Assembly: GCA_000934665.2 (NCBI GenBank)
Contig: JYFJ02000928.1
Span: forward strand, 62,001 to 100,617
From: Catajapyx aquilonaris
Taxonomy: Eukaryota
Reading direction: 5' to 3'
DNA length: 38,617 nucleotides
Positions 26,491 through 37,395 of this stretch are shown piece after piece (the stretch's first letter is position 1; every line of letters starts with the position of its first letter). Under the pieces are notes generated by a model. The model saw only the letters and a program-made list of their open reading frames with translations, was not told the DNA's origin and made no database searches. A program made the translations under genes and the position numbers.

Positions 26491-26927
26491 CAGGGTGTAT
26501 CAGAACTCTACCGTAAGCCATATGCCAATGGCGTAATGGTCAGCAGATGATCATATACAGTATCGGAACCATAGGCCTGGGCCGCCGCATGACCGAGATA
26601 ATTGACCTCAACCAATAGGTATCAAATATCCTGGCAGGTATGCAAACCTTCAGCCGCCAATCGCATCACAGGTGATGTCGCAGCTATTTTCTGGGGGGCT
26701 ACTGCCACACTGCTATTGGGGTAGTCACTAAGGGCTCTTAGAATGCAGTTCCCCCCAGATGCACTGCTATTCTACAATCACGCTTAAGCGCAATCGCTAC
26801 TTCGCAAATGATCAATTATCTACGTGATGTGGCTGCCTAGACATGATGATCCCTCTACATATAATGATGCTCTGGTGCCCCTTATGCCATTGGCACATGG
26901 CTTACGGTAGAGTTCTGATACACCCTG
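26491..26927. mobile_element. Tc1/mariner-type MITE in GR-A intron 2
   Basis: TA TSD. Perfect 31-bp TIR CAGGGTGTATCAGAACTCTACCGTAAGCCAT, with imperfect pairing continuing inward. Confidence 0.92.
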
Positions 26928-27597
26928 TATAATGTAATTCAAATCCAATAATGCCATTTTTCAGATTTGTGCAAGCAGAAGTGCGTCGCCGGTGCCGAGA
27001 GAAGACGCCTGATTTCTTCGCAGATACCATGCAACAACTGGTCCGGCGTTGGGGTGTGTGTGTATGTGTGAATAGGGATGGTGACTACGTGGAAAAGTAA
27101 TGAGACCCCTGGGTAAAGGAAACTCCTAGCTTTCACCAGACATGCAGTGTGAGTATCTTGCGTATTATTGCGAGGGAGGTAAAACTTTTCAAATCGATCT
27201 CGTATGTTCATGGAGAGACTTAAGAATTAAGAATTTCGTAAGATGTGTAGAATTAGACGTGTGTACTGATTTTCTAATAATGTAGAAGGAGGAAGAGATT
27301 ATGAAGAAGATTTGCAAGTATTCTGACGAAGTCGTTAGTAAGAAACTTAGGCCAGTAAGCGTATATTGGTGTTCAAATCACAGGGTTGAATATTTCCTGC
27401 GAGTCAGGGTTGAACCCATGCTATGGTGTGGTTGGCGCGGGAATGCTCGACTCTGACCTCTGAACTGTACATTTTTTCCAGGACAAAACGTCATCGTGCA
27501 CGTACCAGATGGAATTATTTGTAGCCTTTAGCTGATACGGAGTATGCATATATCATTGAGGTCCAAGAATATAGCTATGGTACTTTGCATGGATAGA

Positions 27598-27598
<1 letters not shown>

Positions 27599-27640
<42 letters not shown>

Positions 27641-27970
27641 CTGTGCTCGAGCCGTTCGGCTCGTTTTGGGGGGAGGGGGAGGTTCCCAAGGGGGGGCATC
27701 CTCGGTTTATAGTCACTCACGACCAGGGATGGAAAAAGAACCGCTTCTTGGAAGGAGGCGGTTCTTTTTCCATCCCTGCTCACGACTCTCTCAGATACAC
27801 CAGACCTTTTCTCTGGCCCCGGGCAGCTAAGGGAGTGCAATTCTGCCCCGGCGTGTCGGGTGAAAAGCGGAAAAAGACCTGGCCAAGCAGAGGTGACGGG
27901 GACGGGATTTGAACCCCGGCCTCCCGCTTGGCTAGCCAGTGGCGTAACCACTAGACTACCACGCCTCCCT
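27599..27970 (-). mobile_element. tRNA-Gly(GCC)-like SINE, family 1 copy a, in GR-A intron 2
   Basis: A box TAGTCTAGTGG, B box GGTTCAAATCC, (TAA)n tail. Perfect 15-bp TSD TTTGCATGGATAGAT at 27584-27598 and 27971-27985. Homologous to 34757-35046. Confidence 0.93.
27724..27778. mobile_element. 55-bp hAT-like miniature inverted-repeat element nested in the SINE
   Basis: Perfect 21-bp TIRs CAGGGATGGAAAAAGAACCGC with a 13-bp spacer. Perfect 8-bp TSD CTCACGAC at 27716-27723 and 27779-27786. Absent from the other copy of this SINE. Confidence 0.85.
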
Positions 27971-28612
27971 TTTGCATGGATAGATCTGTGTATAGGTGGC
28001 ATAATTATGTTTTACATTTTAGATGATATTTCTGTCTTGTAACAGCGTAACTCTGGCTACCTGTGACGCATATGTAGGAATCATACTCGGGGTCCGAATC
28101 CTTTGTCATCACTGGGTCATTGGAGCAACTACGGGAAAGGGAGGGCCAGGTTTCAATTTCCTAACCATCAAGCGACGCTTTCCGCAATACTAGCATGGGA
28201 AACGAAAGTGTAAAGCATATAGAAAGAAGACATTGGTGAGACATGTTTGGGGGATTCAATTTCCGAAACATGACGATGTTCTTGAGACTCGATGTGTTTT
28301 GTTAGATTGATGGAAATGGCAAAGTTCGTGAAGTTTAGAGTTTTTTTTTGCATGAAAGTGTGTAATAGTTTTTAGTTTGGACTCTAAAAGTAGTGAAATA
28401 TCACCATTGTCATATTAGCAAAGTGCCATTGTTGTGATTGCCTATTCTGCTTAAGTTATCAGTTATATTTTGCATTTTAAATATTACACTAAGAAAATGG
28501 AAATCAGTTACACTACTGCACACCTCATGTTGAACGGGTAATTCACAATTTTTGTATGAGCACAAAAAGAACTTCACTGGCTGAATGTTATTTTTTCTGA
28601 ACTTGTACTCAC

Positions 28613-28765
28613 CGAGGGTAATATCCCAATTCTGACTTGAAAGAACCAGGCTGAAACTTCAACTTCTCTTGATATTTGATATTTGAGAGATTGGACCTCA
28701 GCTTGAGTATCCCAGTCCAATGACGTTAGATGTAGTCTTTCTAGGCTTGGCAGCGCACGTTGAGC
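28613..28765 (-). CDS. Gustatory receptor GR-A, exon 2 (AQRALPSLERLHLTSLDWDTQAEVQSLKYQISREVEVSAWFFQVRIGILPS)
   Basis: 153-nt open phase-0 exon, acceptor ttcaaAG|GCT, donor TCG|GTGAGT. 26/51 residues identical to GR-B exon 2 by manual count, and the same length. Confidence 0.9.
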
Positions 28766-28961
28766 CTTTGAACAGTATTATTCTTATGCAGCAGATTAAT
28801 AATTATGTAGGCTATACATAGTGATTCTCAGCTTATATTGAAGTGCTGATAAAGCTAAAAATAATGTTTGACAAACTATTACGCGGTTACGATTATGCTT
28901 CCAGGTGGTGTGTCATTCATTGCCAAAGAAGTTTTGCGCACCTTATTGGTTTAGACATATA

Positions 28962-29523
28962 CAGGGTGCTCAAAAACTCGCGGAAAGTCGTCAGGTAGCC
29001 TGATAGGACTCGCAAAACTAATATAGGGATGTGGAAGTAGTTTTGGGCTAACTTGCATAGTTTTTGCGTACGACGCCTTCAAGATTTCGGCAGTTTCATG
29101 ACGTCACATCCGCCTTGAAGCCCCCATTGCGTCATCATACATGTTGTTGTGGCTGCTGCCATTGGCACTGATTATTGTTGCGAATATTGTCAACTGTGAT
29201 TGTTGAGAAATAAACAACGATTTCGGTCTGGCAATTATCGACTGGCCACAGATACAAGCTGAAATCGTTGTTTATTTCTCAACAATCACAGTTGACAATA
29301 TTCGCAACAATAATCAGTGCCAATGGCAACAGCCACAACAACATGTATGATGACGCAATGGGGGCCTCAAGGCGGATGTGACGTCATGAAACTACCGAAA
29401 TCTTGAAGGCGTCGTACGCAAAAACTATGCAAGTTAGCCCAAAACTACTTCCACATCCCTATATTAGTTTTGCGAGTCCTATCAGGCTACCTGGCGACTT
29501 TCCGCGAGTTTTTGAGCACCCTG
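28962..29523. mobile_element. Tc1/mariner-type fold-back MITE in GR-A intron 1
   Basis: TA|CAGGGTG...CACCCTG|TA. Inverted arms 28962-29224 and 29261-29523 (263 bp, about 4 mismatches by eye) with a 36-bp spacer. Confidence 0.93.
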
Positions 29524-30609
29524 TATAGGACATCTAAAACTCTATAGAATGCTAACATGCTATAGGCTACTAGTATTATAGGCACTTGTAGATAACCATG
29601 ACTAGGACTTGACTATCCATTTTGTAGTCACCTCAATTGGCACGAAAATTGCACAGACACTGTTTTACGTACTGCACAGTCTATTGGAGAAAATTTGCTG
29701 AAGCACACAAAAGAAAATTATACTGCAATCTCACGTTCCGGCTGTTCAGTTGTCCCAGATCGGTACTTCCTCATAGCAAGTTTGTGAATCTGTTGGATGA
29801 CTATAGGAAATTTAGCATGGCTAATTCCAGCAAAATGGAGCTACTAACGTGTCACACATCGGATTACAGCATGCATGAAATCCTAAACCTCTTTGAAAAT
29901 CGGATAATTTCATATGGATTTGGTCACCATGATCTCCAGACCTGACCTCTTCAGAATATTCTGCCTCGGAAATGAAAGAGTGTATTATAACAGCCTAACA
30001 AACCCGAAGCGAAGTTTTCCCCATAATTATGTAGTGCCACTATAAAATATGCCTGATGGGAACTGGCGGTGATCATTTTCAGCTTCACATACAATGCAGA
30101 TTATTTCGCATGATTATACTGCATACATTACATATACAGTACATTACATACACTATACACACATTATACAATAATACACTATGTGTATACCTGCTGTGTT
30201 CAAACGCTCCACAGTTATTTCAGGGAAACAAGGTTGCACAGCAAGTGAATCGTCCTATGCTTATAGGCTTTAATAATTTTGATAACCGCTACAGGTTCGA
30301 ATGTGACTTCTTAAGAATAAGCATCTTGTTAGTGCCAAAAAATTGATAACTACTATCAACATTTCAAATTTCAAATCAAATTAACCATAAAAATTTTCTG
30401 TAATGACTAATTTGATGTTTTCAAAGTGAAAAGAACTTATGCATTTGTAAGCTGCTTTCTCAAAAATTGCTGGTAAAGTGTGTATGACTTTAATATATCA
30501 AAATTGGTTCATAATCATGACACACGGCGACAATGCACTCGCTTAATATCGATCCTAAAGGCCCGCCTAATAGCTCCTCAATTACCCAGCATAATGCAAA
30601 AGGGCTTAC

Positions 30610-31560
30610 CTCTCTGGCTAGAAGCTCCAAGCAGTAAGTGATGAAGACTAGAGTCGCAATCAAAGTAATTTTATCAAAGATCATGAAATGTAATTTGTAG
30701 CCGAACCCAAGAATAAGGAATGTCATCTGAATGATGATAAGAAGGAGGAAATACAAGTACAGGAAACCCAGAGCTAAGCTGTAAGCTTGGTTGATGGAGG
30801 AAACAATATCACTAAGCTCTCGAAAAGCTCCTCCCAGACGGGCGAAAATTAGTGACGTACATCGCGGATGTCGTGATATCTGATGTTGCTTTTCTTCTTT
30901 TCGATTGCAGGCTTGGCGCAGGGTAGAGCAGATCTCACATATTTTTTGGTTAACCACAGTGAATCGAGCTCGTGTAACCAAGGCGAAGAAAATAACCTGA
31001 ATTGTTGTACAGGATGTGACACCTTTCAAGTATTCCTGAATGGGCCATGTCAGGCAGTGAATCCAGTATTCATTAAGTTGTACATCATTTGCAATTCGCC
31101 ATACCAACTTGGTGGCAGAAAGAGCAACAAAAATGGCTAAAACAATCCTAGTTATAGGTCTGGTTTTTTCGTTGATGTCGCTATATCCTGGGATTAGTTC
31201 GTCAAAGTTGTCCAACTTCTGCAGAACGTTGCAAATGTCTCTAAACTTGATTTGTAAAAATATGACGTATATGGTCACCGATAATGCTAAGTAACTTATC
31301 AAGTAGAGTACTTGAACAATACGATGGGCATCCCACTGCTGGTTTCCTACAAGCGATTTGTCGTTCATAAACATAAATACAGTGAAGTAACAGTAAAGGA
31401 CAGGAAATATTAAGGCAAATATCCATTGACGGGTGTAAGGTCGGCGTGAAGTTTTTCCAACTGGAAACACTCCAGCAATTCTTGACACAACAGCATACGA
31501 CTGGAAGCAATCATAGATACTTAGCTGATTCGGTGATGTTTCTGCAGAGTTGCTTTTCAT
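30610..31560 (-). CDS. Gustatory receptor GR-A, exon 1 of 3 (MKSNSAETS...LELLARE, 317 codons, TM1-TM6)
   Basis: Long hydrophobic multi-TM ORF. First ATG is at 31560 (the track's start at 31587 is GTG). Ends at a phase-0 donor GAG|GTAAGC at 30610/30609. Collinear with GR-B exon 1 (YAVVSRIAGVFPVGKTS vs YAIVSRIFGVLPVGKTS; QIKFRDIC vs QVKFRDIC; CSTLRQA in both). Confidence 0.9.
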
Positions 31561-32991
31561 GGTCACTTTCACTGCCACTAATAACACTCAGATGTTTGGC
31601 GGCCCTCGGAAAGTCAGGTCTTCGTAGTAACGACGTATGAAGCTAAACCGTCGCTTTGATACTTGGATTCATGTTCACTACGCCCCAGCTATAGGGTCAT
31701 GTGGATTATTGAATTCAAGTAATCATTATAAGGCGCTGTGTGCGTCACTGCTTTGACGATGTACACTAGAGTTGTTGGAAACCTCAAAACTATTTACACC
31801 ACCCGCAATTTGTATGCAAACTGTCTTTGCATTGTGCAGCCTAAAACATAGGTCCACAGCCATATGTTAATCCCATTATGAAGTCGGGTTTATCAGGCTA
31901 GTGACCATTTAATAAATGGGATTATTTCCGAGGTAACATACTCTGCAGCAACATACAGTGCTATTTTTGGAATATTTACTTGTTGATATGTAGAAATTTA
32001 GGCACATTATTACTACTACAGCTATAAATAATTTTTGATATTTCAGAAAATGTGGTTATTATTTTGACTTTGGGCTTGTATTTATTTTGTCCGGCCCCAT
32101 ATCCGTAACTTCAGTCCTTGTATCTAGACCGATGATCTACACAAGAGAGTTCATATTTCCGTCACATTTACAGAGGCACTGTATAAGGTTTCATTTTTCA
32201 GGTCCGTTTTTCCGTGTAACTGGACCTTTTCCTGATTTAACTGGGCGAAACATGTGACTAGCTGTTTGCGCCATCTGCACTGTTGGCGTCGCTCTAAATG
32301 GACATTAACAAGCACAAATAGGTTCATGCATCAAGTATGGGGAGGGGCTTTAATCCCTTTAATCGCCAAATATCATTATGTTGGTAAAAAAAGGGTGCGT
32401 ACTGGAACAGTTTGGCTGGCACATTTTGAGGCAGTTGTATGTCAGATCACATAGTACCTCCTGCGAAAAGTGTTACATTACACATCATATTGGAAATATA
32501 CTGAAATGATAAAATTTTCTAGATGTAAAATTGTTAAAAATTATGAACATGAACAATAGTAAGTTATATTTAATTAATGGTGCTTTAAAATTTGTATGAG
32601 TAAAGGTATATTGAAAGCACACAAAAATGACAGTACGGTGTTAACCCCACAAATTTTGACGTTACTTACTGTATAGATGGAGTAATAATTTTATAGTCAT
32701 TCAATATGACGCACTTCCAAGCACAATTTTTTAAACATTTTTGCATGTACTTCTTGTGCTGTTTAGGTCAGTGCAACTTTTTCTGTTGACTACATGGCTC
32801 TAAACAAAATAACAGCACAGAACAGTAATTGCAGAGCTTCAGCCATCTTCCTTCTGGAACACCCTCATTTTCCACTTAAGTCGTGAAAAGCCGGCTGACC
32901 ATCTCCTTAGTCACACCATGAGGATTTGTCCAAAATTGGAGGGATAAGCTTTGCTATTCAGTCACTGACAGTGTGTTGGATCCCACCTAAA

Positions 32992-33054
32992 TTATTTACA
33001 TGTGAAATTACTCTGGATGAAGACAATGATGTAAGTGGTGGCCACGCCAATGAT
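32992..33054 (-). CDS. Gustatory receptor GR-B, exon 3 (IIGVATTYIIVFIQSNFTCK*)
   Basis: Follows a 73-nt intron, acceptor gagcAG|ATC. TYhhhhhQ motif. TAA stop at 32994-32992. Confidence 0.92.
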   Translation of the reverse strand: MIGVATTYIIVFIQSNFTCK

Positions 33055-33127
33055 CTGCTCAGATTTAAGAGAAATACGTCAGAATGAAACATAGTCATGC
33101 ACAAAAGAAAAGGTTGCCCATACATAC

Positions 33128-33280
33128 CGAAGTGATGATTCCGCTTCTGATACGAAAGAACCAAGCCGAAATAGTAATTTCCCCCGCCATCATTGCTCTT
33201 AAAGAATGTACTTGCATCTGTGTTTGCCAGTGCAATGACGGGAGGTAGATTCGTTCCAAGGCCGGCAATGCACCTTTAGC
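33128..33280 (-). CDS. Gustatory receptor GR-B, exon 2 (AKGALPALERIYLPSLHWQTQMQVHSLRAMMAGEITISAWFFRIRSGIITS)
   Basis: 153-nt open phase-0 exon, acceptor tttaaAG|GCT, donor TCG|GTATGT. Shares SAWFF with GR-A. Confidence 0.92.
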
Positions 33281-33563
33281 CTTTAAATATTACAATTACA
33301 TAAAAAAATGTAGTTATTTTGGGGCAGTTACAAATTTTCCATAATGTACAGAAATTTATTTTATTGTTACTGCAAACTTCATAATAAATTGCGCCGTGAT
33401 TGTTGTCCTAAGTAATGAGTCACAGTGAAGTTACTTCTTTATCATCAGTATTCCAGAACTCAGTCAATTATGATTTCAGAGTTATCTCTAACTTATAAAT
33501 GTTTGCAGAGAAAATTTAATTATTCATACATCAACAGCCCCACAAATGTTGCTTAGTACTTAC

Positions 33564-34538
33564 ATATTTTTGGAGCTGTCCCAGAGAGCAGGTAAGGTAC
33601 AGCAAAGTAATAGTAATGGTAAGCATATCAAACGCCATGAAGGAAGTCGATTCTTCTGACTGCCACAAAATAAAAAACACCATTGTTGTAACCAATTGTG
33701 AGAGTAGGCTTGAGTATAGGAGAGCCAAGGCTAAACTGTAACACTGGTTGATCAAGTCGACCAAGTCGCACAGTTCCCTGTAAGCGCCTCCTAGTTCCGA
33801 TAGCTGGTGAGAGACAGTTTTGGGTGATGGCATTCCCTCCACGTTGCTTCGTCGTGTAGAGAATGCTTGCCGAAGTGTGGAGCAGAGGTCAGTTATGGCC
33901 CTGGTCACTAAAGAAAATCTCGCTTGCACAGACAATGAGAAGAATGTCACCTGCATGGCCGTGACAAACACAGTGCATTTCAAATATTCTTGAACAGACG
34001 ATAAAAAACACCAATACCATGTGTCAGTCCTTTCTAGTTCTATTGGAATTCTCACACTTATTTTGATGAGACAGACTGTTGTGTAAAATAAGAAGGGTAT
34101 CATGGGTTTGACACGACTTCGTGCGTTAATCACTGGCATCATCGTGTCAAATTGATGGACTTTTTCGATCAAGGCACAAATGTCTCTAAATTTGACTTGG
34201 AGTATGATGTAATTGATTGCTGAAATTGACATGTAAGTTATCCAGTGTATGCTCCTGGCAATGAAAGATATATTCTGCTTAAACAGGTTTTGGACAAACA
34301 CTCGTGGAGTTTTATCATGGCTATTAAGTTGGCAATATATGGCATGACTTATAAACATGACGGGAAACAACAAACAAAAGAGTGAATATCGGGAGTACGG
34401 TTTGTTAGATGTTTTCCCTACTGGTAACACTCCAAATATTCTGGACACTATAGCATAAGGCCAAAAATAATTATACACACTTAATAATGGACTCACAGTC
34501 AGTGGTATCACTATGTTCTTCAATTTAAAGCAGCCCAT
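33564..34538 (-). CDS. Gustatory receptor GR-B, exon 1 of 3 (MGCFKLKN...LGQLQKY, 325 codons)
   Basis: Multi-TM ORF. First ATG is at 34538 (the track's start at 34652 is TTG). Phase-0 donor TAT|GTAAGT at 33564/33563. Paralogous to GR-A. Confidence 0.9.
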
Positions 34539-34756
34539 TATTGCACCTAAGATAAAATACTCTCGCACTGGATAGGGGGGGATTTCAAATAGAGTTGATA
34601 TTTGTGCGAGTTGTATGAAGGTGAGGACGTACAGTATAGTTATTGACTTCAATTACTTAATGGATGGGGTGACTTGTTCGGTGTGTCAACAAACTCACCC
34701 TATTTGCCTAGACCAGGCGCGACGGCTGTTCATTTGTACATCTACAGAGTCATTAT

Positions 34757-35046
34757 AAAGGGCGCCATGGTGGTCTAGTGGTTACGCCACTGGCCAGCCA
34801 AGCGGGAGGCCGGGGTTCAAATCCCGTCACCTCTGCTTGGCCGGGTCTTTTTCCGCTTTTCACCCGACATGCCGGAGCAGAATTGCTCTCCCTTCTCTGT
34901 TCGGGGCCAGGAGAAAAGGCATGGTGTTAAAGAATGTTAGAAATGGCTATCACATGGCGCCCTCCCTTGGGAACTTCCCCTTCCCCCCTAAGAGGGCCTC
35001 GAGCCCTATCACGGGGTAACAATCAATCAAACAAACAAACAAACAA
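34757..35046 (+). mobile_element. tRNA-Gly(GCC)-like SINE, family 1 copy b, upstream of GR-B
   Basis: A box TGGTCTAGTGG, B box GGTTCAAATCC, (AATC/AAAC)n tail. 13-bp TSD ACAGAGTCATTAT at 34744-34756 and 35047-35059. Confidence 0.93.
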
Positions 35047-36600
35047 ACAGAGTCATTATGCACCAAGATCACTAAGCATGTGAAGATTTTGAATTTAGAA
35101 TAATCAGTCATATTTTAGTCAAAATTGAGCTAAGCAGTGTTTGCTATTAGTCCTCGATGGTATTTTCTGAAGGTCAAGTCACTTTTCTGAAAGAGGAACT
35201 CAGGAGATTCTTAAAACAATTCTACGAGTGATAATGCATTTTTAAAACTTATACCCTCATATCTAGAAATCAGTCAGCTGCGAATATATTTCTCTGCATT
35301 TCAGTACATACGAGATTCCCATTGCTATTTCGATATTTGCTTTGGTTTCAGTAATATAATCTTTTTAGGCCTTGGAGTATCATTGCTGCAGTGTAGAATT
35401 TATGTTGATTGTCTTGCAGTGAAGCCTTTTGAGAGGGACAATTTAGAAACATCCCACAGCTCTTGATACACCTACTATTAATTTTCAAAGTAATACTTGG
35501 TGCGTTACTTCACATCAGTTGGGAACTACTATCGTGAAAATTCATCTTTACAAATACTTCCAAATGTGAGGAAAATGAATCACGTGGTGTTTCACTTGAG
35601 TGCGTATCGGTGCATACTTAATTATGACCATAATGCTGTTACATTATACGTATGAGTATGTGAGGAAGGAAAGGGGCCGAGTCCAACATTTTTCAAAATG
35701 GAAATGTTGGTTGGTAAATGTTCTGATCATGAAGAGGGATAAATGATTCTGCAACACACCTTTGGTCCGGAAACAATAAATCCAGGTAGTGATTCATACT
35801 TGAATTATTGTGTATCATGCAGAAGAATTTCATGTAGTGTAAGTGTCACACAAAATAATGATACTGCGCACAAGATGCTTACATCGATAGGAAAAAGGTG
35901 GTCCCTATTATGATGATCCTGTCAATGTACAATGTATACATGAAGAGGATGTCTTCATCAGTAGGCGACAGAATAAAAATAGTTGATGTGTTTGTGACCG
36001 TCATTATGAAAAGTGACTCCCATAAGCACGAAGGCCAGTGTCAAACTATATCTACTTGTATAGTTGATGACATGACACTAACCATGTGACAGAATTCTGT
36101 GACAGCACTTACTTGTTCTGACAAAATATGGTAGACCTGCACGTTACTGTACGGGGGCCCCGGTTGCAACGAATTGGGTGTGGCAGGAAGGATTGACAAA
36201 GTGTGTAGCAAATTGACCAAACAGAAGTCAGCGTACACCGCTACGGAAAAGAAGAGGGTATGAACCACTGTGATTAAAATAGTTCTTTCCAAAATAATAC
36301 TAGCGAACAAGGCCCTCCATCCGCTTGTTGGTTTTTTACACAACAAGTGAAATTCACCAGCTGATTAGAATGGCAAAATTACGAATTCGCAGACCCTCTT
36401 TTACATATGAATATTTCCTATTAGGCAGCATATATTCACAAATCATTAGAAATATTACATACTCTACTTCAGTGTGGATATTATTCCTAGTTCAGACACC
36501 ACAAAAAAAAATTATTTTATTTCGAGAGAAAAGTAAACTCCACTTTCCTAATTGATTGATTTCGGGTGTCCAATTGGCTACACAAAATGACAAACCCATA

Positions 36601-36620
36601 ATAATAATAATAATAATAAT

Positions 36621-36652
<32 letters not shown>

Positions 36653-36909
36653 ATGGATACCACGTGATAGGCCTCCTTGGGCTTTTTAGGGGATCATCTA
36701 TTAATTGGCCGACTTGAATCATTGCCTTTGCTGTGATGGATTTTGATAGCGGGAGGAAACTGGAGAACCCCGAGAAAACCCACGCGAACACGGAGAGAAC
36801 CCATTGAAACTCTATCCACATATGCATCCTCTGTCCGATCCGGGGATCGAACTGGTGACCTTAAGAGGTGGAAGACTGTGGCGCTAACCGATACACCACC
36901 GTGCCGCCC
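36601..36909 (-). mobile_element. tRNA-derived SINE with V-domain-like core (V-SINE-like)
   Basis: Head GGCGGCACGGTGGTGTATCGGTTAGC...GTTCGATCCC. Core GTTCTCTCCGTGTTCGCGTGGGTTTTCTCGGGGTTCTCCAGTTTCCTCCC resembles the V domain as I recall it. (TTA)n tail. TSD GACAAACCCATA/GACAAACTTATA at 36589-36600 and 36910-36921. Confidence 0.88.
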
Positions 36910-37110
36910 GACAAACTTATAGAGAAAGCAGGAAATTTAATGCAGCAGGACACATTGCTTTATATGGTATATATGGGGTGATAGTTATTTTTTCTACACG
37001 AAGTACACCAAGTATCTTGGAGAAATGGTCGGAATGAATATTGTAATTATGCATTCTACAGTATTTCTTACCCATCTAATTTAATATCCTGCCTATATCG
37101 TCATACTTTA

Positions 37111-37395
37111 CCGAAGCAGTTTGGTGGAGTGGCTATAGGGTCCGACTGCTAATCGGGAGGTCCTGGGTTCGATCCCCGGGGCCGGCAACTCTAACCGTGG
37201 TTTTTTGTGGTTTCCCACGGTCCCTCCAGGAGAATTCTGGGGTTGCTTCCTAATTAAAAAGGCCACAGCCGCCTCCTTCCTTCCCTATCCTATCCCAAAA
37301 AGCAAAAAAGTAAACATGTAAGCAAGAGTTCCAGACAAAACAAAAATCCCCCCCCAAAGAGCCGAAAAAAGGCTGATAACGGGGTAAGATATTAT
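37111..37395 (+). mobile_element. tRNA-Ser(GCT)-like SINE with a central domain resembling insect Talua/Lm1-type SINEs
   Basis: A box TGGTGGAGTGG, anticodon arm TCCGA-CTGCTAA-TCGGG, B box GGTTCGATCCC. 17-bp TSD with one mismatch at 37094-37110 and 37396-37412. Family likeness is from memory. Confidence 0.9.

Noticed and set aside
27544..28002. Poly-Tyr/Ile/Leu ORFs (also 36492-36827 and 38330-38611)
   Set aside because: Translations of (TAA)n retroelement tails.
30490..30609. C-terminal tails of the single-exon GR ORFs in the track (also 33531-33563)
   Set aside because: Read-through into intron 1 past consensus GTAAG donors.
31600..33560. GR-B exon 1 as an obligate alternative first exon sharing GR-A's C-terminus
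   Set aside because: GR-B has its own intact exons 2 and 3.
35670..35810. TKGVL and IIQV*ITT fragments as GR-C exons 2/3
   Set aside because: No AG acceptors, the two readings overlap, and the sequence also resembles MITE-internal sequence.
36106..36112. GTAAGT after ..LSEQ as the end of GR-C exon 1
   Set aside because: Homology to GR exon 1 continues for about 250 nt past it.
37111..37190. SINE heads as true tRNA genes
   Set aside because: No acceptor stem; each is followed by a SINE body, repeat tail and TSD.
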